Shown here in pieces: positions 52,895 to 60,618 of a stretch of 60,618 nucleotides of DNA. Within the stretch, counting starts at the first letter, position 1. The number at the start of each line of letters is the position of its first letter. The DNA is from an uncultured Candidatus Saccharibacteria bacterium (GTDB lineage Bacteria; Patescibacteriota; Minisyncoccia; UBA6257; Colwellbacteraceae), in the NCBI GenBank assembly GCA_964360065.1, contig CAYHTW010000002.1:68251-128868 (forward strand), given 5' to 3'. The translations under genes and the position numbers were made by a program. The notes below the pieces were generated by a model, which was not told the origin of the DNA, did not search any database, and was given only the letters and a program-made list of their open reading frames with translations.

Positions 52895-55800
52895 ATGACG
52901 AGAAAAATTTTCACGTCGGCGAATATTAATATTATAAATAAGTCGTTAATTATATTCACAGCCTTAGCTGTGGTTTTGTGGTCAATAGGCGCAGGATTTT
53001 TTATTCCGGAGATCACGAGAGCAGCCGTTTCGCAAACAACTGCTCCGGCTGGTATGGCTGTAATGGGTCAGACCATCAAAGCGTCTTCTGTTGAAACTCC
53101 AGTCATAAAATTTCAGCTTACTGGCAATTCGGCCGATAACACAGTTACGCAGGTAACGGTTACCGTTGAAAGTACGGCCGGTCCGACTGTTTCGGGTGAT
53201 TTCGCCAGTTTGAAAGTATTTAAATCGGCGGACGGTATTTTTGACGGCGGCGATACTCTAGTCGGAACTCAAACAACAGTGAATGTTGGTTCGGCGACTA
53301 ACATTACTGTTGTTGAACCCCCATTGGGAGCTGCCGCATCTTGGTATATAGTAACCGCCGCAACTTCCGCAGGCGCGGGTAATGCCCATGCTTTTAAAGT
53401 TACTATGGCCGCGAACACAGCTGTCACAGTTGGCGGCGCTGGCGCAGGCTTGATTACCAGTTCAGCTCTTGCCGCTGGTTCAGTTCAGGCTTTAACTACT
53501 GATACAGTTGCCCCGACTCTTAACGTTAGTATGACTGGTCCGGCGACCGGTTCAACCAATGTTCCCGTGAGCACGTTCGTACACATGGGTTTTTCGGAAA
53601 GCCTTGACCAGTCAACTCTTATACCTGCTAACATCACTTTTACAAGCGGAGGCAGTCCGGTAGGCGCGGGTATCAAGCCTTTCCCTGATGGTTTTGATCT
53701 TACAACTTCAAACGCGCCAACATACACTACAGGAACTTCTTTTTCTAAGGCACTAAACACATCAACCGCTTTTTATCATATGTCAGGCACGAATGCCATT
53801 AATCCACAAGGAGCTTATGTAGCTCCGACACTTGGCGATATAGTTTTCTTTCAAAAAGATACTTTCCCGATGGATGTGGGAGTGATTACGAATGCTACGC
53901 TGGCCTCTGGCACGTTTGGCGTTAACGATTTCAATCTATTCCAAGGCCAACAAATCACTAAGTTCGGTACTATAGCGGCAACTGGTCTTCAAGGGTCAGC
54001 TACTACTCTCGTGGTGGGGGATATTGTTGTCGCGAATGTTTCGGCTAATCCGACCGATATGCGTTATAACTGGCATATTGTAACTGCTGGCACTGCCGTG
54101 AACGATGCGGCGCTTCGTTTTGATAGCGTAACAGCTGCGGCTCCAACCTTTGTTACTACGCCCAGCTCAAGGATATCTCGTATTACTCCTACCGCGACTA
54201 CGACAGTAAACGTAAGTAGCCAACTCTCCTCCATGACCTTTGTGGCGGGAGACCTCGTTTTCGCCAAAGTTACCGCAGGTGCTGACAATCTGAATCAGTA
54301 TGCGTGGCATACAGTAACAACTGGCGAGACCATCTCCGGCACGGTGCCGAGCGTTCTACGTCTTGATTGCGGCGCTACTTGTACGGTGCCCGTTACTTTT
54401 ACCCCTTCAACCCAGGTTAGCAAACTTTCTGCCGCCGCAACCGGCGCGGTGACCGATACCACTACCGCTCTGTCCTTCGGCGATATCGTGATGGCGAAAA
54501 CCACCTTGAATGCGTCAAATAACGGTAACTATAACTTCCATATGGTTAGCGCGGGCGCGACCGGCGCTTCGGCTGCTGGTTTACGTTTTGACAATGCTTC
54601 GACGAACCTTAGTCCTTCGGTGACTTATGTAGCAACCGCGGGAGTTGGTGTCAAGGACTCCGCGGGAAACCCATTGGCCGCCCCAGCAACTATCAGCTTT
54701 ACGACTGGTTCAAACACCGGTACCGTTACCACGCCTCCGTTTGTTCAATCTTCGACTCCACAAGGAGGAAGTGTGACTTTCCCGATCGGCGTGCCGATCT
54801 CGCTGCAGTTTTCGGTGCCGATGGCTAACACAGGCGGAGGGTCAGTACTCTCCAGTTCTAATATAGGACTTTTCACCAATGTTAATGGCGCTCCTGGCGT
54901 CGCTGTTACGGCCGCGAACGGCTACGATTCTGTCACCAATACTGTAACTGTTACTCCCAGCGCCGTTCTCACTGCGGCTACGAGTTTTATAGTTAAAATT
55001 TTTGGTAGTACGACTAGCAGTACTGGCACGTTTGTGTCGCCGTATCAATTATTCTTCACGACTGCCTCCGGCGCGGCTGACACGGCGAGACCAACAATTA
55101 CGGGAGTTTTCCCGTCTCCTGGAGCAACAGGCGTTGTGCGTCCAGTGGGAGATATTAGTATCGGTTTTTCGGAAGATATGAACGCGGCGACCATTAGCGG
55201 CACCACGATAACAATCAATAACAGCATTACAGGGACCGTTACTTATAATGCTCAGCAACGCGCCGCGCACTTTGCGCCAAATATTCCGTTAGCGCAAAAC
55301 ACCGCTTATACAGTAACGGTGGGTACGGCGGTTACGGACCTTTCTGGTAATGGCTTAGCGGGTAATGGTGGCGTGGCTAACGCGGTAACGATCGCGGGGA
55401 GTTCGTCCGCTTATGTCTTTAGTTTTACCACGGCAAATACGGCTAACGAGACTGTAAAACCTACGGTTCAATCCGCGAATGCCGACAATTTCGGTGTAGC
55501 TGTAACTTTTTCAGAACCAATTAAATCCGGCGGCGGACCGGCTGCGGCTGATAATATTGCTAACTACACATTAGAGAGTCCCGTTGGAACTTCAATTTCC
55601 CTGGGTGGGAAAACCGTAACCTATGATGGTCCAACGATGACGGCAAGGATCACCGGGCTATCATTACAGAATGGGGCTTTGTTCAAAATAACGGCTAGTA
55701 ACATTATGCAAGACTTGGCTGGTAATAGTATGGAAACAGTCTCAAGTGCTAATGTTTCCCAAGCCACAGTCGCGAGTTCCACTATGACCGGAGGCCTTCT

Positions 55801-58800
55801 TGGTCCCGGCGGCGGCATGATGCAAACCGGAGGTATGATGGGCATGAGCCCGATTCGAGTTAGTCCTATGAACCGATTAGCTGGGGCAACTTCTGGTTAC
55901 TTCGTGGAAATGCCGGTTACTACATCCATTCCTTTGGGTGCCTCAATTGTGCTTACTTTCCCCACGGGGTTTGATGTAACAAACGCCGCGGCTATGACTG
56001 CTGTCACGGAGAGTCCGGCTAATAGTGATATTAATGGACCGGCTACCGGTGTTGTTACTATTGCCTCAACTGCTGTTAATATTTCAGCTAGAACTATCAC
56101 GATAGTTACCGGCGGCGCGGAAACAGGGGCCAATACTTTCTTGCGTTTTGACCTAAAGACAATTGTAAACTCAACTGTTCCTAATAGCGCTGGCTATACA
56201 GTAGACATTAAGACGAAAACCGCGGCCAATGTCATCCTAGAAACGCAAACCTCAAGTTTCTTCTTTCTAGGTCAGGCGGGAACGAATACTCTTACTGTTA
56301 CTGTATTTAACGATAATGGCGAGGGTGGCGTTACCGCAGGAGATGGTATTAAGAGTGGTACCGAGCCGGGAATCGCAAGCGCCACAGTTTTCCTCTTTAG
56401 TATGGCTGTCGGTGGCCAAAGTGGAACCACTGATGTAAACGGTGTGGCTACATTCCCAAGCCTTGTAAATGGGACTGACTATATGGTTGGTATTGAACCG
56501 TCAAGCGTTACCGCGGGAGGGTTTTCCTTCAATTCCGCGCATCAACCGCTGTCAATTTCAGGCAACACCGCAAAGAGCTTCGGTTTAAGAGCGGCTCCTC
56601 ACACCATTGCAGGTACGATCACGGGTCCTATAAATACCAAAGTTGATGTATTTGCGAGCGGCTTCAATGGCTACACATCGGTCACAGTAGACACTGGCGC
56701 AGGTGGGAGCGTGGCTTACAGCTTGCCGGCGCAGGCGAGTACCACCTATCGAGTGGGAGTTTCGCCTTCTATGCCTAGGACCTTTATGCAACCAGGATCA
56801 GCCATGCCTCCGCCGCCAACTTTCACCTTTATGCCTCCTCCGATGATTGAAGTGGCTGTCGCGGCCGCTAACGTGACGGGCAAGAACTTTGCCCTTACCG
56901 CGACTGATAAAACTATCGCTGGCACAGTGAAGGATTCTGCCGGAGTCGGGATAAATAAAGCCCAGGTTTTTGCCAGGCCGGTTCAGACTTCTAGTGATGG
57001 TACTAACACAGGTTTCGGCACGGGTGGAGAAACTGATACCCAGGGCAACTTTAGCTTACGTGTAACTCCTGGAGTGTATCTTGTTGGCGTCTTTAAGCCC
57101 GGTATGCCTAATGTCCAAGAAAAGCAGATTACAGTTGCCACAGTTAATACTCCTGCGACACTGGCCTTTGTAATTGATGCCTCAACTAGCCTTACGATTA
57201 GCGGCAAGGTGACTGATGATGCGGGGAACGCCGTTGCTTACGCTGGCGTAGGTGGCAGAAGGGTAACATCCACTACCAATACGACAAGTTTAGGCGGTGA
57301 TTCTGGCAACTTTGTTGGCGGCCCGACTGATGCTAACGGTGCTTATACTCTTTATGTAACCGCTGGCACATGGGTGATAGAAGCTTATGCTCCGGGGTTT
57401 GGAAGGTTAGGTACTAAAACCGTTACTGTTGTTGCTGGTACCAGCTTGACGGGTCAGGACTTCTCGGCGGCGACTTTGAGCGTTGGTACGATTACTGGTC
57501 AGGCTACTAAAGCGACCGTAGCTCAACAAGGAGTTATGGTACGCGCAGATGGTGCTAATGGAGGCAACATGGCTATTACGGATGTAAGCGGTAATTACAC
57601 TTTGAAAGTTCCCGCAGGCACCGGTTATACGATTAATTGTTATTTCCCGGGCGTGGGTGAAGCTACTCCACTTACGGGTGTCACGGTGACATCTGGTGCC
57701 ACGAGTTCCGGAAATAATTGTTCGTTAGCGGCTCCAATTACCGTTACAGTGAACGTTACGAATGGCACAAGTGGGATTACTGGCGCGTTTGTGGACGCAA
57801 GGGACACGAACGGCCGGGGCAATGGTACGAATAGTTATACGACTTCTGGGGCGAATGCTGTCTATGTGTTAACGCTCTCACCAGGAACCTACACTGTGCG
57901 CGCGGGACATCCTTCGTACGGAATGCTTGGTTCAACCTTAAGCGTTAGTACCACACAGACTATTACTTACACGGCTGCGGCTGGCGCGACATTCGCGGTG
58001 ACTGGCACAGCTACTGGTGGTGGGGTTGCTTTAAGCGGCGCTTGGGTATCTGTTACTGGTACGTCTACCGGTCAGACAAATATTATTCATGTTGGTGGAC
58101 AGACTGCCTCTAACGGTACGTTTTCTATCAGCGTTCCAAACGGTACTTATAAGGTTCGTGTCGACAAACCGGGATATAAATCTCCTACTGAAACAGGAGT
58201 TACGGTCGCGGGCGCTACTATTTCGGTTGGCACGATTGCTCTCTCGGCCGCAACACTTTCTATTACCGGTAAGGCTACTCTTGATGCTGTGGGCGTAAGT
58301 GGCGCCTTTGTGGACGCGACTGATGGAGCAGGAGGGTTTACAGTTGATCAAACTGATGCGAATGGCAATTATACTCTCGCGGTTAACGCTGGGAACTGGA
58401 CAGTCCGGGCTCACAGCCAGGGTTACGATGGTGGCCCGCTCTTAGTCGCTGTTGGCGCAACAAACGTGAGTGGCCAAGACGTTGCTCTAAGCGCCATATC
58501 TGGTTTCACAGTGCAGGCCGAAAAACAGGAGACAGTTACTCCGAGTTCTGGTGGTTTCTTCACTAATACAAACATCGGCGCTGGTTTCAAGTTGAATATT
58601 CCAGCGAACGCTTTGGGTACCGGCGCAAACGCCAGCACTGTTAAAACCCAAATTAATACTGCTATGCCTAACCCACCGACTGGTTCCATCTTAAAGAAGA
58701 ACGCGGTATCAATCTCGGCGGTAGATGCTGCTGGCGCCCTGATTAAGACCTTGAGTGATGCTGTGACAGTGGTTATTCCTTACACGGAAAGCGATATCCC

Positions 58801-59827
58801 AAGTGGTATTGCCGAAACAAGTTTGGTAATCGGTGTTTGGAACGAGGCTACCTCAAACTACGACACCCTGCCTACCACAGTGGACACAACCGCGAATACA
58901 CTCACGGCTACCGTGTCTCACTTCTCTGATTTTGCTCCATTGGTGCCTACCAATCCAACAGCTACGGCAACCCCGACCGGATTCACGGTTGGAGGTGCAA
59001 CATCGAGTACACTACTGCTTAGTTGGACTTTGGTATCCGGGGCGAGTGGTTACGATATATATAGAAGTGCTACAACGAGTGGCACTTATGCCCGTTTGGG
59101 TTCGGAACCAACAGTTTCTAGCGGATCAACAGTTACCTACACCGATACAGGTCTTAGCGCATACACCGCTTATTACTACAAGATCTCTTCGGTGAGTACG
59201 GGAAATGAATCAGCAGCGACTGAATACTCTTCGGGTACGACTCTAAACACTGCAAGTTCTGGTGGTGGTGGTAGCAGCAGTGGTGGTGGAGGTGGCGGAT
59301 ACGCAGCGGTATCAACTCCTGCCGCGACCACTACTGTCACCCCCGTAGTTCCAGTAACTTCAGCAGTACCGACTACAACTCCTGCGGTTCCAGCGACCCC
59401 TGTAACTCCAGCCGTCTTGAAAGCTTTACCATACCCGTCGGCCAAAACAACTGTGGAAATGCAGGCTAACCTAACTGTCTTACTAGGAAACTTAGCAGCG
59501 TTGCAGGCACAACAGAAAGCTGCAACTCTCGCAACACCAGTCACTCCATCAACAGACGCATCAGTGCCTCCAGCTGGTTCTTACAAAGTAAGCATTGCTC
59601 CTAATTCCAAAGGGAATGATGTTACCGCCCTGCAGAACTTCTTGAAGTCACAAGGCGCGGATGTCTATCCCGAAGGGCTTGTTACTGGTTACTTCGGCAA
59701 CTTAACCAAGGCCGCTGTTGGCAGATTCCAGATTAAGCAGGGAATTGTTACCAGTACGAGTGATGTAGGTTACGGCAATGTAGGTCCAAAGACTCGTGCC
59801 AAAATCAACTCATTATTAGGTTTATAA
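52895..59827 (+). CDS. Giant (2310 aa) multi-domain surface protein: Big_5-like Ig domains, carboxypeptidase-regulatory-like repeats, FN3, C-terminal PG-binding-like module
   Basis: DT.AP/RP...F(S)E motifs x4, ISGKVTD..G..TD.NG.YTL repeats, FN3 LLLSW..GYDIYRS..YTDTGL..YYYKI, C-terminus nearly matching 50565..51728. Confidence 0.8.
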   Translation: MTRKIFTSANINIINKSLIIFTALAVVLWSIGAGFFIPEITRAAVSQTTAPAGMAVMGQTIKASSVETPVIKFQLTGNSADNTVTQVTVTVESTAGPTVSGDFASLKVFKSADGIFDGGDTLVGTQTTVNVGSATNITVVEPPLGAAASWYIVTAATSAGAGNAHAFKVTMAANTAVTVGGAGAGLITSSALAAGSVQALTTDTVAPTLNVSMTGPATGSTNVPVSTFVHMGFSESLDQSTLIPANITFTSGGSPVGAGIKPFPDGFDLTTSNAPTYTTGTSFSKALNTSTAFYHMSGTNAINPQGAYVAPTLGDIVFFQKDTFPMDVGVITNATLASGTFGVNDFNLFQGQQITKFGTIAATGLQGSATTLVVGDIVVANVSANPTDMRYNWHIVTAGTAVNDAALRFDSVTAAAPTFVTTPSSRISRITPTATTTVNVSSQLSSMTFVAGDLVFAKVTAGADNLNQYAWHTVTTGETISGTVPSVLRLDCGATCTVPVTFTPSTQVSKLSAAATGAVTDTTTALSFGDIVMAKTTLNASNNGNYNFHMVSAGATGASAAGLRFDNASTNLSPSVTYVATAGVGVKDSAGNPLAAPATISFTTGSNTGTVTTPPFVQSSTPQGGSVTFPIGVPISLQFSVPMANTGGGSVLSSSNIGLFTNVNGAPGVAVTAANGYDSVTNTVTVTPSAVLTAATSFIVKIFGSTTSSTGTFVSPYQLFFTTASGAADTARPTITGVFPSPGATGVVRPVGDISIGFSEDMNAATISGTTITINNSITGTVTYNAQQRAAHFAPNIPLAQNTAYTVTVGTAVTDLSGNGLAGNGGVANAVTIAGSSSAYVFSFTTANTANETVKPTVQSANADNFGVAVTFSEPIKSGGGPAAADNIANYTLESPVGTSISLGGKTVTYDGPTMTARITGLSLQNGALFKITASNIMQDLAGNSMETVSSANVSQATVASSTMTGGLLGPGGGMMQTGGMMGMSPIRVSPMNRLAGATSGYFVEMPVTTSIPLGASIVLTFPTGFDVTNAAAMTAVTESPANSDINGPATGVVTIASTAVNISARTITIVTGGAETGANTFLRFDLKTIVNSTVPNSAGYTVDIKTKTAANVILETQTSSFFFLGQAGTNTLTVTVFNDNGEGGVTAGDGIKSGTEPGIASATVFLFSMAVGGQSGTTDVNGVATFPSLVNGTDYMVGIEPSSVTAGGFSFNSAHQPLSISGNTAKSFGLRAAPHTIAGTITGPINTKVDVFASGFNGYTSVTVDTGAGGSVAYSLPAQASTTYRVGVSPSMPRTFMQPGSAMPPPPTFTFMPPPMIEVAVAAANVTGKNFALTATDKTIAGTVKDSAGVGINKAQVFARPVQTSSDGTNTGFGTGGETDTQGNFSLRVTPGVYLVGVFKPGMPNVQEKQITVATVNTPATLAFVIDASTSLTISGKVTDDAGNAVAYAGVGGRRVTSTTNTTSLGGDSGNFVGGPTDANGAYTLYVTAGTWVIEAYAPGFGRLGTKTVTVVAGTSLTGQDFSAATLSVGTITGQATKATVAQQGVMVRADGANGGNMAITDVSGNYTLKVPAGTGYTINCYFPGVGEATPLTGVTVTSGATSSGNNCSLAAPITVTVNVTNGTSGITGAFVDARDTNGRGNGTNSYTTSGANAVYVLTLSPGTYTVRAGHPSYGMLGSTLSVSTTQTITYTAAAGATFAVTGTATGGGVALSGAWVSVTGTSTGQTNIIHVGGQTASNGTFSISVPNGTYKVRVDKPGYKSPTETGVTVAGATISVGTIALSAATLSITGKATLDAVGVSGAFVDATDGAGGFTVDQTDANGNYTLAVNAGNWTVRAHSQGYDGGPLLVAVGATNVSGQDVALSAISGFTVQAEKQETVTPSSGGFFTNTNIGAGFKLNIPANALGTGANASTVKTQINTAMPNPPTGSILKKNAVSISAVDAAGALIKTLSDAVTVVIPYTESDIPSGIAETSLVIGVWNEATSNYDTLPTTVDTTANTLTATVSHFSDFAPLVPTNPTATATPTGFTVGGATSSTLLLSWTLVSGASGYDIYRSATTSGTYARLGSEPTVSSGSTVTYTDTGLSAYTAYYYKISSVSTGNESAATEYSSGTTLNTASSGGGGSSSGGGGGGYAAVSTPAATTTVTPVVPVTSAVPTTTPAVPATPVTPAVLKALPYPSAKTTVEMQANLTVLLGNLAALQAQQKAATLATPVTPSTDASVPPAGSYKVSIAPNSKGNDVTALQNFLKSQGADVYPEGLVTGYFGNLTKAAVGRFQIKQGIVTSTSDVGYGNVGPKTRAKINSLLGL

Positions 59828-59842
59828 CTAAACTTGATTAAC

Positions 59843-59868
59843 AAAAAACCCGCTCAAGCGGGTTTTTT
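59843..59868. terminator. Bidirectional intrinsic terminator
   Basis: AAAAAACCCGC-TCAA-GCGGGTTTTTT. Confidence 0.9.
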
Positions 59869-60014
59869 GCTTGTAGATAACTTAGGTATTGTTGTCTATT
59901 AATGATATGCTATAATTTTTTCATACCCAGCTAGCAAAACTGCGATTTGATTAATTCAAGTTATCTTGGTTTAATAATTGGGCAAGAAAAAATAAAAGTC
60001 AAAATAAAAACATT

Positions 60015-60407
60015 ATGTCTAAAAAAATAAAAATCATACTTTTAGTATTAGCGTTGGTTGTGGTCGGTGGGTCAATCTTTATCGCCACTTTGTCAGTATC
60101 TAAGCCAGATGCTTTGCGTAGCGCTTTTAACAGCGCCTTTAGTAAACCCTATTCCGTTGTCTATCTTACAACTGGAGAAATATATGTTGGCCATCTTTCC
60201 ACTTTCCCTAAACTCGTCCTAACGGATTCTTATATTTTGCAAGTAGCGACTGACTCCAAGGATCCCGCGAAAAAGACTTTCCAGCTTGCGCCGCTTAAAG
60301 AGTCCCTATGGTCACCAGAGAGAATCTATCTGAATAATGACCAGGTAATCTTTACCGCCCCAGTTAGCGCCGACAGCCAGGTAGCCAAAACTCTAAATAA
60401 AAAGTAG
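60015..60407 (+). CDS. Membrane-anchored hypothetical protein (small beta/Sm-like domain)
   Basis: N-terminal TM, YSVVYLTTGEIYVGHL..LTDSYILQ. Confidence 0.7.
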   Translation: MSKKIKIILLVLALVVVGGSIFIATLSVSKPDALRSAFNSAFSKPYSVVYLTTGEIYVGHLSTFPKLVLTDSYILQVATDSKDPAKKTFQLAPLKESLWSPERIYLNNDQVIFTAPVSADSQVAKTLNKK

Positions 60408-60445
60408 TAATTTGCCGCTAATATAGCGAGCAATCCCAGGTCGTC

Positions 60446-60454
60446 TTATCCACA
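60446..60454 (+). promoter_or_regulatory. Perfect DnaA box
   Basis: TTATCCACA, 41 nt upstream of the last ORF. Confidence 0.5.
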
Positions 60455-60495
60455 GTTAGTATATTTAGTAACTAGTTTGTTACAATTAACTAACA

Positions 60496-60618
60496 ATGCA
60501 AATAAAAAATAAGTTACTAAAATTTAGTACATCAGTTCTTCTAGCCCTAGTAGTTTCTCTCTTCAGTATCGGCACAGTCTCGGCTGCGTTGACGATTGAC
60601 ACGACAACGATCTCTAGC
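60496..60618 (+). CDS. N-terminal fragment of a paralog of the 48438 adhesin (truncated by window end)
   Basis: MQIKNKLLKFSTSVLLALVVSLFSIGTVSAALTIDTTTISS versus MTQIKNNLTK...SASAALTLNATTVSS. Confidence 0.75.
   Translation, partial: MQIKNKLLKFSTSVLLALVVSLFSIGTVSAALTIDTTTISS

Noticed and set aside
1-60618. Alternative genetic code (UGA=Gly) or rRNA genes
   Set aside because: TGA terminates intact genes (e.g. NYN, MFS, argS) and long ORFs are unbroken under code 11; no rRNA-like sequence seen.

Overview
60.6 kb of a small-genome bacterium. Gene content, fusions and gene order point to Patescibacteria/CPR, most like Parcubacteria (OD1); this is inference from family knowledge, not a database hit. 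TGA is used as a stop, so genetic code 11. The window starts at the replication origin (dnaN start, oriC, dnaA, rpmH-rnpA-yidC-jag). Next come a VirB4/PrgI/VirB6/pilin-like secretion cluster and about 30 kb of housekeeping genes (rsmA, uvrD, comM, ruvA, murE-like, Clp ATPase, PolX, infC-rpmI-rplT, sod, tmRNA-smpB, argS, ileS, trpS, rnj, tRNA-Leu, secG, gpmI). It ends in an ~18 kb co-oriented cell-surface locus (42.5-60.6 kb) of large secreted low-complexity proteins. The most interesting signals are non-coding or DNA-level. (1) A wHTH gene at the head of the surface locus carries 10 exact TTGCCGA/TCGGCAA heptamers in its promoter and coding sequence, in several reading phases. (2) A TrpR-like gene sits between three identical 68-bp palindrome+hairpin repeats, with two more palindrome copies on local promoters. 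(3) Long structured leaders and DnaA-box-like sites precede surface genes, whereas housekeeping genes look leaderless. (4) A promoter-hairpin sRNA-like cassette precedes an NYN RNase gene. (5) Smaller oddities: a perfect 38-bp palindrome upstream of uvrD, a degenerate second copy of the tmRNA 3' end, and a histidine-phosphatase domain inserted in IleRS. All calls are by eye; no searches or folding programs were run.
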